IMG/VR virus record: IMGVR_UViG_3300050821_003608 | Coordinates: 466 to 64,465 of that record | DNA: 64,000 nucleotides | Origin: a virus | Taxonomy: Duplodnaviria; Caudoviricetes | Reading direction: 5' to 3' (one strand) | In this document: positions 56,001 to 64,000 of the stretch, one piece after another | Position numbering within the stretch: the first letter of the stretch is position 1 | Layout of the letters: each line of letters opens with the position of its first letter | Translations under genes and position numbers: made by a program | Notes under the pieces: generated by a model | Database searches by the model: none | What the model was told of the DNA's origin: nothing | Seen by the model: only the letters and a program-made list of their open reading frames with translations

Positions 56001-56970
56001 TTCCGTCCGGCCCCTCGGTGACGCTCCAGACGTAGCAGGTTTCGGTCCCGACCTTGATGAGCGCCCCGCGACGCAGAGCGAATAGGAGAGAGGTAAGGTA
56101 GATGGAAGTCTCGCCTCCCGCGCCCGACTGTGCTTGGAGAACACTAGGCACGATGATGCAGCGTCCGGTCACGCCCGAGAAGTAGAAGATGCTGGAGATG
56201 CTCAGAGTGGAAGTGAATCCCGCGAACACGTCCAGCACGAAGGCCGAGTTCTGGACTCCGTTGATACTGAGTGGGAGCATCCTCTGGTACTGCGCGGCTG
56301 CGGTGACTCCGATGGACACTGTGAAGGGATTGATGATGGCAGGATCCGGGAGGACTGGCCCCACAGTGTCGGTGATTCGATTCCCTGCTGCGCTGGCTCC
56401 CGCAGTAGCCACATTGGTCCAGAAACTCCCGCCGCCGCTATCGGTGAAGGTTCTATTCGCACTACTCATCAGCATGTCTGGTGCGACCTGCGGCTCGGCA
56501 ATCCCGACCTTCTGTTGCGTCACCACCCCCGCGAGTGTCGGCGCCGAGAACTTTTGATAGTCGCTCCCGTTGGCGATGTACATGTACGGGTTGGGGGACT
56601 GGTTCGGGCGGAACGGAATGAGGGACGCGCCTTGAATGGCGATGGGCGAGCCACCAGCGAGCGAGCCAACCTGCGTGCCCAGCCCGGCGTCAATCCACAC
56701 GGAATTGTCGAGGTTGAACCCCAGCAGTCGAGGTTGATCGTCGGTCCCGAGCGTCGCATAGGCGCGAACGTCGGTAAAGTAGGCGCTCGCGGGACCAGCT
56801 TGGAATAGTTTCGTAGTGCCTGGCCGGGTCCGCACGGAGGAGTCCGAGTACGACCGGATGTTCACTGCAATGGGATACTTGTCGGGTGGCATGGAATCCG
56901 GCGCGGAGTTGGTCTTCATCCCGCCGAACTTGAAGCGGAACCCCTCCTTCGGCCTGGAGTAGTCGCTCAT
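53023..56970 (-). CDS. Tail nozzle/DNA stabilisation protein (tail tubular B-like)
   Basis: FGGMKT..APD..AVN...VRTRPG N-terminus; beta-propeller pattern; 1315 aa. Confidence 0.75.
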   Translation of the reverse strand: MSDYSRPKEGFRFKFGGMKTNSAPDSMPPDKYPIAVNIRSYSDSSVRTRPGTTKLFQAGPASAYFTDVRAYATLGTDDQPRLLGFNLDNSVWIDAGLGTQVGSLAGGSPIAIQGASLIPFRPNQSPNPYMYIANGSDYQKFSAPTLAGVVTQQKVGIAEPQVAPDMLMSSANRTFTDSGGGSFWTNVATAGASAAGNRITDTVGPVLPDPAIINPFTVSIGVTAAAQYQRMLPLSINGVQNSAFVLDVFAGFTSTLSISSIFYFSGVTGRCIIVPSVLQAQSGAGGETSIYLTSLLFALRRGALIKVGTETCYVWSVTEGPDGTVSIETSTTLAHSVADSITAIPAVQIFTTTLPIAGQAISATSATYVVTVGIGTQTATLNPASPGALNPFGFPSAQPDDYFYIGIKVDNLANLNEMKILFDVGDGTFTRDFFYVTFRPSDITAAIANSVTQIASAQTVDQRATIDDESSIGKGNSVQTSSSQQLTPGNNTWIQLIFPLTNLTRVGGDLTKNLQNATKMQILWNASGTINVATGSFGVSGGSAPDVGDVGAPYRYRVRPRSSVTGAVGNPSPATRYGISPRRQAVLVILPSGAYDPQIDTWDIERYGGSVTEWRRIASMPLVSQFIDIFSDDAAGAGEALDFDNHEPWPTIDVPLNATATQVTGTVALVTIPSPTNVLRYLPGNLVQIALGNVYTLRKRPVLVGGTTYLFEFEENANSPTVPAVFSIYEPLTARQFLPYMWGPDVNGTVFAVGDPLRPGTLYFAKNNQPDSAPDSYNIEISPPTEPLLGGEVVDGLSFVGSTERWWALYPQPDNPLQRYNFVQQPITRGLGAPFGHCNDGKEVFFWGKDGIYGTSRGSLTDADLFNLFPHEGIPGQDVTYNGVTIHAPAYQNAPTFRLAHSNGWLYATYQDSAFVFRVLVCNLRTGAWSVDLYPFQVSAVYHVEQQKESSSASNAVTVLAGRTVGAPNRGAIYQQNDLFNDDGTNGVGNPIACSLATFEFDGGDVRAGEQWGDLYLDSLPAAKGSPLTMTPMNLGVSISVTQTIPQRLVRVQQPVSLVGGVLSNFLGTFYQWADDFSQQSVPTTLYVWQPALIPKPENIIDRQMDWDDAGIEGAKWIQGFILHADTFAAAKGIIVRDADALAAHAFTPVVNHNGEKEIAYSFNQPFIAHMVRLEPQPDGLPMRIWKVRWIAEETPESAETWTTQPTSHGMQGFMYVRQVSITYSSTTPVTLTIGVFDGTAPAPIIMPSTGGLVKKLVFVPTFNKGQLYTYSMTSTAPFAVHQDKCEVLVGAWGRQDGYTNKPLVGERSGDEAKI

Positions 56971-58913
56971 GTCGCGGACTCCAAGGTCATCCGCGGATTG
57001 CGAGCCTCTTCGTGGCTCGACAGGCCGTAGAGGATGGAAGTGTACTCGCCGAGCTGGGACAGTTTCACGTTGTAGGACTGGGCCACGCCGAAGAAGTGTT
57101 GGAGCAGGGGCATGGTGGAAAGGAACTCGGCCCCGCCGAGCTTGAAGGCCGCGAGATGCTGCGCGTAGTCGAGCATGGCGTCGTAGTCGTCGCGGGCGAT
57201 TTCAACAGGATCATTGTCTGCGACCGGGATGGGAGCGTTCTCGACGACAGTCGCAGTCAGCGAGTACAGTCCCGCGTCGGGCGCAGCCGCGAGGGCTAGG
57301 AGGTTAAGTCCCGACTGATAGACATTCGATGGCTTCCCCTGCGCAAGTGCCTGCCAGCTAGTCTGATAGTGGTCGGCGTCTTTCACAGCGTCGATTTGTA
57401 AGGGCACGTTCCCTATTCGCATCGCCAGCAACGCAGCGGATTCCTTCAGCGCAGCGATACCCATTTTGTATCGTTGCTCGCAGTAGGTCGCGCGCAGGAC
57501 ATCCTTGGCGTTCGACTCGCGGCCGAGCAGGTCGGCCAGTGCTCCCCACTTTATGATGTGTATCCAATCGTCGGGGACGAACAGAAATGAGCCTATGTTT
57601 CCGCTCCCGACCCAATCCTTCCAAGCCAAGTCGCCGGGAGTGGACAACGCCGCAGAGGATTCCAAGAGAAGCCCTGGGCTTCCGACTGGTATCGGGGACG
57701 GGTCGGTGAAGGAGCCTCTAAATACGCCGTTTTGGAACACCGAGATGGTAGCACCCGAAACTTGGGCCGTGAAGATGTCGCCGATCTGTGGCGTGACCGC
57801 AGGGAATTGGGATAGGAGGCTCTGGACTCCTCCTGCGACCTTTTGCAAATTAAGCGGAGTGGGAATGCCAATCCCACCCACTCCACCAGCAATACCGGAA
57901 GCGTCGAGGTCGATGTAGTAGAAATTCTGAGCAGTTGCGTCGCAACGCAGGACCAAGGCCAAGTATCCCTTGCCAGCTACGAGCTGCACTATCGTCGCTT
58001 GACTAGACTGGTTCGGGGACCACGAAATGCCACCGTACAGCATCAGCCATGTGGTCGCAGCGGCCATGCTCGCGGGCGAGACTGCATTGTTCAGGATTTG
58101 CGGAAGAGGGAACGCTCCTGCTGCTATCCATGGCACTCCAATGGGATTCTGATTGGGCAAGGTAAAGCTGAAAGGTATGGTGCCGCCAGCACCAACGAGA
58201 ATGCTAGCGAGTGATTGTCCAGCTTCGACCGTCAGGAGTTCGTACACTCCCGCCGATCCCGGTGGACGGTCGGTGTCGAACGAGATGGGCGGCTGGGTGG
58301 ACATCAGATAGGTGAGAGGAGTCCCCGGAGTGTTCTGAAGGTAGGAGGTGGCGAAGGACTGCTCCGCCCAAGTGTCTTCAGGCCACATGGTCGAAGGCGA
58401 GCCGACCGCCGGAAGGTAGGCCATACGTCGTACATCGATAACTGTGTCGGGGAGAGGGATTCTACCCAGCACCGCCCCAAGGGTACGTCGCGTGATAGTG
58501 CATCCTGCTAGACTGAGAAGTTCGTCACGGCGTCTCTGTACAGCATTCACGAGATCGTCGGGAGTGAACTGGGAGGACACTCCGGTCCAAGGATTGATGG
58601 ATCCGGCAGGCTCTAGCAGGTGATACTGAATGGCCGTGTAGATGTCCACGTCCGTCAGAGTGTAAGGACGCAACGTGTTGGGCATAGCCACGCGGTCGGT
58701 GAGGTCGTACCACGACACTCCTTGCTGGGACTGGAAGGTGAAGTCTCCTCGCCAGTAGGAGGTCAGCGCATTCCAAGTGCGCAGGGCTTCGACTATATAC
58801 TTTCCGAGTTCGAGGTCGGACCAGAATTGTTTGCTGGAATCAAATAGACGATTGGCAAGCTGCTGTCGGGCTTGGACGAAGGGAAGGTAGGAATAGGGAA
58901 GTGGGTTCGGCAT
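56967..58913 (-). CDS. Tail adaptor (tubular A-like) with inserted beta-sandwich domain
   Basis: FWSDLEL..YI.EAL; two adaptor-like C-terminal motifs (VPDDWIHIIKWGAL, DYDAMLDYA). Confidence 0.65.
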   Translation of the reverse strand: MPNPLPYSYLPFVQARQQLANRLFDSSKQFWSDLELGKYIVEALRTWNALTSYWRGDFTFQSQQGVSWYDLTDRVAMPNTLRPYTLTDVDIYTAIQYHLLEPAGSINPWTGVSSQFTPDDLVNAVQRRRDELLSLAGCTITRRTLGAVLGRIPLPDTVIDVRRMAYLPAVGSPSTMWPEDTWAEQSFATSYLQNTPGTPLTYLMSTQPPISFDTDRPPGSAGVYELLTVEAGQSLASILVGAGGTIPFSFTLPNQNPIGVPWIAAGAFPLPQILNNAVSPASMAAATTWLMLYGGISWSPNQSSQATIVQLVAGKGYLALVLRCDATAQNFYYIDLDASGIAGGVGGIGIPTPLNLQKVAGGVQSLLSQFPAVTPQIGDIFTAQVSGATISVFQNGVFRGSFTDPSPIPVGSPGLLLESSAALSTPGDLAWKDWVGSGNIGSFLFVPDDWIHIIKWGALADLLGRESNAKDVLRATYCEQRYKMGIAALKESAALLAMRIGNVPLQIDAVKDADHYQTSWQALAQGKPSNVYQSGLNLLALAAAPDAGLYSLTATVVENAPIPVADNDPVEIARDDYDAMLDYAQHLAAFKLGGAEFLSTMPLLQHFFGVAQSYNVKLSQLGEYTSILYGLSSHEEARNPRMTLESAT

Positions 58914-58916
58914 GGG

Positions 58917-59078
58917 TCATCGTTTGGAGCCACGCTTGTGGGATTTCTTCTTCTCGTTCTTCCGCTTGTTCTCCGTCGCGTAGAAGACTCGTTTCGTCGT
59001 CTCGGTGTCCCCATAGGTCTTCTTCATGGAACGATAGACCTTCTCGCCGTGACCGTCGTAGTGAGCGGAGCGAGGCAC
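58917..59078 (-). CDS. Small basic protein (53 aa, ..GEKVYRSMKKTYG...VFYATENKRK..)
   Basis: Manual translation; resembles a recurrent small phage family (SMKK.YG...VFYA). Confidence 0.65.
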   Translation of the reverse strand: MPRSAHYDGHGEKVYRSMKKTYGDTETTKRVFYATENKRKNEKKKSHKRGSKR

Positions 59079-59084
59079 GAGGGA

Positions 59085-59381
59085 CTACTCGTCGCCTTCG
59101 TTTCTGAAGCCAGGCCCCGCACGTAATGCACGATTGAACTCGGCGCAGCGGTTCTCCGTGATTTCCCCATGACGCGGACCCGGCGATGGCGGAGCAGAAC
59201 TGGGATAGGCGTCGAATCCCCTATCGCCTCGAATCGTCCCTTCGCGCATCTCACGTTCCTCTTCCCAAGGAATTTCACAATGGATGCGCGTGGCAAGCAA
59301 AGGCCGTTGCGCTGCGATTTCGCTGGGATAAGTCTTGTCCCGAATCAAACCACTCGGATTAATTTTGTAGGCCATGTCCAT
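59085..59381 (-). CDS. Hypothetical protein
   Basis: AAGGAGG RBS. Confidence 0.6.
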   Translation of the reverse strand: MDMAYKINPSGLIRDKTYPSEIAAQRPLLATRIHCEIPWEEEREMREGTIRGDRGFDAYPSSAPPSPGPRHGEITENRCAEFNRALRAGPGFRNEGDE

Positions 59382-59387
59382 CCTCCT

Positions 59388-59579
59388 TCAAGCTGCGAGA
59401 ACTTCTCCGTTCGCTCCCAACGCTGAAACCTGAAACAGTTCTACGTTGTAGTCATTCCCGCCCGCACCGGACGAGCCTCCTTGCGAAGCGTTCATCACGT
59501 AACTATCCGCGTCCGCTTTCGTGGAGAACACCTGCTGGGCCTTGCCGTCGTATGTCACTACGTATACCATCGTCGCCAT
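59388..59579 (-). CDS. Small hypothetical protein
   Basis: CAGGAG RBS; QVFSTKADAD. Confidence 0.65.
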   Translation of the reverse strand: MATMVYVVTYDGKAQQVFSTKADADSYVMNASQGGSSGAGGNDYNVELFQVSALGANGEVLAA

Positions 59580-60204
59580 ATACGATTCTCCTGGGTCGAA
59601 TCATACGCCGCTGCCGCCAGCCCGTCCAGCCAATCCAGCCGAACACGACCAGACCAAGAGTATAGGTCAGCCAGTAGGAAAGTGAGTCCCAGCGATGAGC
59701 CTCGACCGCGAAGCCGAATAGAGCGACGGCCAAGGTCACCCACAGGACCGCTAGAGGGATGAGGGAGGAGCGGTACTTTGAGAATCGGCACCGCAGGGTA
59801 AGCGCGGTGCCGAAGAACATGGTGAGCGTCCCGGCGACGAGCAGGATGGCGTTGTCGGGAGTCCAGTGCTGGATGGTCGACATGGTGACGGAACAGGCGA
59901 AGCAGGCGCTCATGGCCGAGAGGAGGAGAGCGACGATTTCGGCTCCGACTGCACGGACCAGCCGCCATGAAGCATAGGTGACCGCGAGCGTCGCGATACC
60001 ATAGGCGACACGGTAGGGGTCGGACTGCCGAGTGTAGAACAATCCGACCCCAACAAGGCCAAGGAACGTCCCAAGCTGAACCCCTAGATAGATCCTAAGA
60101 GTCGCTGGGGCCTTCGCTGCCAGTGCCCACAGGAGGCTGAGGGCTGTTAGGCCAGAAAGCCAAAGCTCCAGTAGTTTTGGATTTGAAATAGGCCACGTCC
60201 TCAT
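59503..60204 (-). CDS. Polytopic membrane protein (about 7 TM)
   Basis: Series of hydrophobic helices; start uncertain. Confidence 0.65.
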   Translation of the reverse strand: MRTWPISNPKLLELWLSGLTALSLLWALAAKAPATLRIYLGVQLGTFLGLVGVGLFYTRQSDPYRVAYGIATLAVTYASWRLVRAVGAEIVALLLSAMSACFACSVTMSTIQHWTPDNAILLVAGTLTMFFGTALTLRCRFSKYRSSLIPLAVLWVTLAVALFGFAVEAHRWDSLSYWLTYTLGLVVFGWIGWTGWRQRRMIRPRRIVYGDDGIRSDIRRQGPAGVLHESGRG

Positions 60205-60289
60205 CTTTCATTTTGAATGTAACCTTGTCGTCCTTGACCGAAAAGACTTCCACTTCGGCTGTGATGCCTGGGGGTCCGCCGACGCTCAT
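60095..60289 (-). CDS. Small hypothetical protein overlapping the membrane gene
   Basis: AGGAGG RBS, ATGA-coupled. Confidence 0.45.
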   Translation of the reverse strand: MSVGGPPGITAEVEVFSVKDDKVTFKMKDEDVAYFKSKTTGALAFWPNSPQPPVGTGSEGPSDS

Positions 60290-60534
60290 TGTGCCCTCCT
60301 CTGTAATTCAAGAAGCCGATCGTAAAGATTCCGCAGCTCCCGGTAGTCATTCTCCTGCATCTTCCGATTAGTCGCAATAGCCACGCGCAACTCCTCGTCG
60401 TCTTCCTTTAGATGCTGGAGTTCCGACTCAAAGGTGCCAGAGCCTTTCGCTCCACGCAGAAGATACCAGACCAGCCCGCCGAGAAGACTGAGGGCTTGGA
60501 GGACGACGGCGGTGAGGGCTAGGATGTGGTCCAT
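60286..60534 (-). CDS. Single-TM coiled-coil protein (holin/antiholin-like)
   Basis: N-terminal TM, then coiled coil. Confidence 0.55.
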   Translation of the reverse strand: MDHILALTAVVLQALSLLGGLVWYLLRGAKGSGTFESELQHLKEDDEELRVAIATNRKMQENDYRELRNLYDRLLELQRRAQ

Positions 60535-60540
60535 CTCTTT

Positions 60541-60870
60541 TTATCTCTGACGATTCCTCAACAACGCTTCACGGATAAGCTCTCGCAATTTTTCATCACG
60601 TTTCCTGAACTCCCGCTCGATTACTTTCTCCATCAACTTCTCCAAGTCTTCGTGTCGTTGTGGGGCATTCTCAGTAAGTACCTCTTTGACGGCTTCGCGG
60701 AACTCTATACGCCAGAATGAAATAGGCTGCTGCCCGCTGCTTGGCTCCTCTCCTGTGCGATGCCCGTTCTTGCCGTTCTTGATGGACCGGATGATTAGCA
60801 ACACTATCCACAGTCCACCAAGGAATGCAGCCAACCCGACGCTGAACTGTGCCAGTTTGGAGAAGTCCAT
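60541..60870 (-). CDS. Single-TM coiled-coil protein (holin/antiholin-like)
   Basis: N-terminal TM, then charged helix. Confidence 0.55.
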   Translation of the reverse strand: MDFSKLAQFSVGLAAFLGGLWIVLLIIRSIKNGKNGHRTGEEPSSGQQPISFWRIEFREAVKEVLTENAPQRHEDLEKLMEKVIEREFRKRDEKLRELIREALLRNRQR

Positions 60871-60871
60871 A

Positions 60872-61207
60872 TCACTTAGGTTGCTCCCCAGCTCCGGTCG
60901 TGACTATGGTAGTCGTGGTCTGTGGAGTCTTGCTTGGCCCGACTGTGGTTTCTACGACTGTTGTGGTGGGTTCCTTAGCAGGCAGGGGATTCTGATGTAG
61001 GTAAGCCATCATGGTTATGAAGCCGTTGATGAGGAATGAGAATGCTGCCAGCCTCATGGTATTGCCAAATTGTGTGTTGAGGTTGTAGGAATTAGGAGTA
61101 ATTCCAATGGCACCGAGCGCGGTGATGACCGAGCCCGCACCACCGCCCACGAATCCAGCGATCAATCCGTACAGCCAGTTGCCCCAATCGAGTCGCAACG
61201 CTGCCAT
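60872..61207 (-). CDS. Putative holin
   Basis: WLYGLIAGFVGGGA, two TM segments, YLHQNPLP. Confidence 0.6.
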   Translation of the reverse strand: MAALRLDWGNWLYGLIAGFVGGGAGSVITALGAIGITPNSYNLNTQFGNTMRLAAFSFLINGFITMMAYLHQNPLPAKEPTTTVVETTVGPSKTPQTTTTIVTTGAGEQPK

Positions 61208-61317
61208 CGTCGATCTCCAGTCCCTTTATACTACAGTTCTAACTCTCCACAACCGATAATATACCGTCTCCCTGCATCACTCCCGACGCCGCACAGCCAA
61301 CCATCCCATTGTCTATG

Positions 61318-61968
61318 TCAACTAGACAATCGGGCGGGAGCGTTCCCGGCGCGAAAGGAGAGAAAATCGAACACTCGCGGGTTGAAGTTCATCGCCAAGC
61401 CGCTCGAATCAGTCACAGTGAATCCAAAAGTGGAAGATCCGCTCGAAGAAGGAACACCCGCGACGATGCCGGACGATGACAATGTAAGTCCGGGCGGCAA
61501 GGAGCCTAGACTGACTGTCCATTTGTAAGGTGGGACTCCCCCCGTTAGTCCAGTCACTGATTGTAGCGACACGGAATAGCTGAGTCCCACGGTTGCGTTT
61601 GGGAGCACGACCGGAGTTTGCATCGTTAGGGGGGTCACTGTACAAGTGAGAGTAATAGTCACGGTAGAGTTAACCGCTCCCGAGGTCATTGCTGCCGTGA
61701 GGTTGCCCGTCAACGCCTGCGTCGTCGCGCTGTAAGTCACTGGCAACGCCGTCGAGCCGACGGTCACGGTGCAGGAGGAGTTGAATCCGTTGGTCGAGCT
61801 GGCGAAGGAAATCGGAGCCGCGGTGTTTTGATAGAAGTGAGTCGGAGTGGGAGTGACCGTCCCAAGTGAAGCTGGAGCGACGATAGTGATAGTCGTCGTC
61901 TGTGTCTGCGATCGAGAGGGCACACAGAAGGCTAGGATTAGAAGCGGGGCCGATAGCAGTCGTTTCAT
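61318..61968 (-). CDS. Signal-peptide-bearing Ig-like protein (He_PIG-type domain)
   Basis: MKRLLSAPLLILAFCVPSRSQ; LPNATVG..Y...GGVPPYKW...GSLPPGLTL...G.P...FTVTDS. Confidence 0.8.
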   Translation of the reverse strand: MKRLLSAPLLILAFCVPSRSQTQTTTITIVAPASLGTVTPTPTHFYQNTAAPISFASSTNGFNSSCTVTVGSTALPVTYSATTQALTGNLTAAMTSGAVNSTVTITLTCTVTPLTMQTPVVLPNATVGLSYSVSLQSVTGLTGGVPPYKWTVSLGSLPPGLTLSSSGIVAGVPSSSGSSTFGFTVTDSSGLAMNFNPRVFDFLSFRAGNAPARLSS

Positions 61969-61990
61969 TGTTTCGTCTCCTCAGTATGAC

Positions 61991-64000
61991 TTATCTTCTC
62001 GGGACTATATCCCATTTTGGACTAGGATTGGTGAATATCGCAGGGTTGTTGAACATACCCGGCATACATCCGGCGGCGCCGTAGAGCGAAGCGCGAGCAG
62101 TGTCGTAGGCCACCCGACCGGACAGTCCATCCACTGTATAAGGATAAAACAGTCCCAACTCGGCCAGTGGCGCCGCGTGCCCATGGTCGTCCTCGGCGGA
62201 AAAGTCGCAGGGTTTTTGTGAGTGAACTTGGTCGGTCCATGTTGTCGCCAGACCACTGCCATTCCCTTGAGTGAATCCGGCAAGATAGTCGGCGGCAGTC
62301 TGAATCCACGTCCCGGACGAAACCAGCTTGGACGCCATCCGGTAAGTGCCAATCATAAAAATCCCGCCCCAGTTTGAGTCCAGCGCGAGATGAAGCATCC
62401 GCTTCGCTTGGTAGTTCAGGACGGAGTCGTAGTTGGTGAATCCCATGTCGCGGGCCTGCGCCTCGACTACGACGGTGTACTGTTCCTCCCACGGGGAAGT
62501 GCCGGTGAGCAGATGTCCAGCGGTGGTGTCGAGCGGAGCCTCGACGAAGCTGCCGTACCAGCCGTCGAGGTAGATGTGCAGGGGATTGTGCGTAGGATCG
62601 TCCTGTTGAGTGACGCCAAAGTTATAGGCGGCGAGACGAGACGAATCAGTGTTGGTCGTCCCGTACTTCCCCTGGTGGTAGGCTCCATTGTTTTGTAACT
62701 TGTCGAAGTAATAGACTTGCTCAGGCGAGCCATCGGGCGACACGGCCCAAGCCCATAGTGCCGCGCGCGTCATCCACGCGGTCCCGCGGCCTTCTTGCGT
62801 TGACCAGATGATGCCCATACTACCGTTGCGATGGCCGCTGGGACATCCGCGGTCGAGTCCGACCATGTAGGCGCCGGACATCTGGGCTTCTTCCACATAC
62901 CAGAACTTCCCGGTGATGAGCGCGGCCGTGTAGCCGAACTCAGGCCAGTGAGAGCCGTCCATACCTCCAGAGCCTCCGCCGCTAATCCAGCCATCGTCGG
63001 TCAGAGGCGAGCCCATGTTGAGGGTGAGCGTATTCGCGCCGCCGCAGGTGTCGTTGAACTGGCTGACCTGAGTGCCGATGCCCCAGTTCTCCATGGGCCG
63101 GGCGTTCACGGAGATAGTGCGTCCGCCGGCGGGGACGGTTCCTCCGGCATCGTAGAAGAGATTCGTTGCACTCACCGTATTGTCGCCCTCGCGGTAGTGG
63201 AACGGGATACGCCCACCGACCTGCGAGTTCCCGAGTACTTGGTTGAGCATTCCGGTAGAGCCATGGCTGAACCAGTACATCGCCTCCCAAGTATTCAGGA
63301 TGCCGAACCATTGTGAGGTGCCACCCGTGTTCATGTCCTTGCCATACTGGCCCACGCCGCCGGAACCATCAGGCGGTCCCGAAGATGTACCAGGGATGGA
63401 CTGGTCGCCCGTGACCCACGCGTTGCCGGTGGTCATGGATGCGGGGATATTGATGGCCGGGTCGAAGTTCGGGATGGCCTTTGCGTAGGCTTCGTAGGCG
63501 GCGTTGTGGTCGACGATGATGGACGAGCAACCGTTGAGCTGCCCCTTGTTGGGTCCGTTGATGCAGTAGTTCTTGACCCAGCGGGAGCGGCCGATGTGGG
63601 TGAAGTTGGGCTGCGTGAATAGAGTGATGGGCGAAGTGTTCCCGCCCGTGAGCGTAAAATTATAAAGTTGATCGTGCATCGAGTTCGCCGTGATCGTGCT
63701 GGCCCAAGTGTTTTCCACTCCGCCGAGACAGTCCACGGACTTGTCTTGAGGGTAGAACCAGCATTCAAAGGATGGATGGAGGACCGCTCCAGCAGTGCCA
63801 TCCTGCTGGAAGTCAAAGCTACGCGAAGCAACATTGCGGTCGTCGCAGATAACGGAGGTGACGACAGGCCCCTTGAGCCAGTAGCGACAGATGCCGTTAG
63901 AGGCGCCAGAGGGGTCCGAGCCAGGGTCCGCGATAGTGGAGGTGGCGTTCAGCATAGAGAGGGCACTGGATGTGTGATTCGGCCCCGCCCCAGTGGACTG
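61991..64000 (-). CDS. Large glycan-active-like protein (beta domains plus alpha/alpha toroid, polysaccharide lyase-like); 5' end outside window
   Basis: Frame open to 64000; DGSHWPEFGY..LITG..WY.EE, GRGTAW..R, SPWEEQY; many Cys pairs. Confidence 0.6.
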   Translation of the reverse strand, partial: QSTGAGPNHTSSALSMLNATSTIADPGSDPSGASNGICRYWLKGPVVTSVICDDRNVASRSFDFQQDGTAGAVLHPSFECWFYPQDKSVDCLGGVENTWASTITANSMHDQLYNFTLTGGNTSPITLFTQPNFTHIGRSRWVKNYCINGPNKGQLNGCSSIIVDHNAAYEAYAKAIPNFDPAINIPASMTTGNAWVTGDQSIPGTSSGPPDGSGGVGQYGKDMNTGGTSQWFGILNTWEAMYWFSHGSTGMLNQVLGNSQVGGRIPFHYREGDNTVSATNLFYDAGGTVPAGGRTISVNARPMENWGIGTQVSQFNDTCGGANTLTLNMGSPLTDDGWISGGGSGGMDGSHWPEFGYTAALITGKFWYVEEAQMSGAYMVGLDRGCPSGHRNGSMGIIWSTQEGRGTAWMTRAALWAWAVSPDGSPEQVYYFDKLQNNGAYHQGKYGTTNTDSSRLAAYNFGVTQQDDPTHNPLHIYLDGWYGSFVEAPLDTTAGHLLTGTSPWEEQYTVVVEAQARDMGFTNYDSVLNYQAKRMLHLALDSNWGGIFMIGTYRMASKLVSSGTWIQTAADYLAGFTQGNGSGLATTWTDQVHSQKPCDFSAEDDHGHAAPLAELGLFYPYTVDGLSGRVAYDTARASLYGAAGCMPGMFNNPAIFTNPSPKWDIVPRR

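Noticed and set aside
54268-56085. Long plus-strand ORFs (605 aa here; also 11595-12689, 16377-17357, 53122-54267)
   Set aside because: Antisense shadows of strongly codon-biased minus-strand genes in GC-rich DNA; no recognisable motifs.
63955-64000. Direct joining of the two window ends into one ORF
   Set aside because: The reading frames do not match across a 64000/1 junction and no terminal overlap was seen, so sequence is missing.
1-64000. Integrase/att sites, tRNA genes, diversity-generating retroelement, alternative genetic code
   Set aside because: No recombinase or reverse transcriptase motifs, no cloverleaf and no TR/VR pair were noticed by eye; genes are intact in the standard code and use all three stops.

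Overview
The window is most of a GC-rich tailed-phage genome with podovirus-like gene content. The host is probably a diderm soil bacterium; Acidobacteriota is a guess from the style of the secreted proteins. No integrase, repressor, tRNA, rRNA or CRISPR array was recognised. Layout: (1) 1-24.0 kb, minus strand: J-domain and small accessory genes including an Acb2/Tad1-like protein, intein-containing large terminase, portal, scaffold, major capsid, head/adaptor proteins and fibre/glycanase proteins. (2) 24.5-46.5 kb, plus strand: early genes, ECF sigma factor, UvrD and PIF1-like helicases, Cas4-like nuclease, Sak4-like ATPase, SSB-like protein, HNH, UDG-fused PolA, Topo VI-A-like protein and a lysis-like cassette, with one reversed Rep-like gene at 29.0-29.9 kb. 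(3) 46.4-64 kb, minus strand: glycan-active proteins, holin-like genes, adaptor, nozzle and ejection proteins. Both ends fall in the fibre/glycanase module, suggesting a circularly permuted genome somewhat longer than 64 kb. Main oddities: Cys-paired tail fibre and depolymerase-like proteins carrying Sec-type signal peptides; no primase or DnaB but an HUH/Rep-like gene whose RBS sits in a hairpin/pseudoknot switch; a PolA with non-canonical motif A and B residues; several Lys/Arg-rich micro-ORFs; and several structured intergenic elements. All family assignments come from reading motifs by eye, not from database searches.
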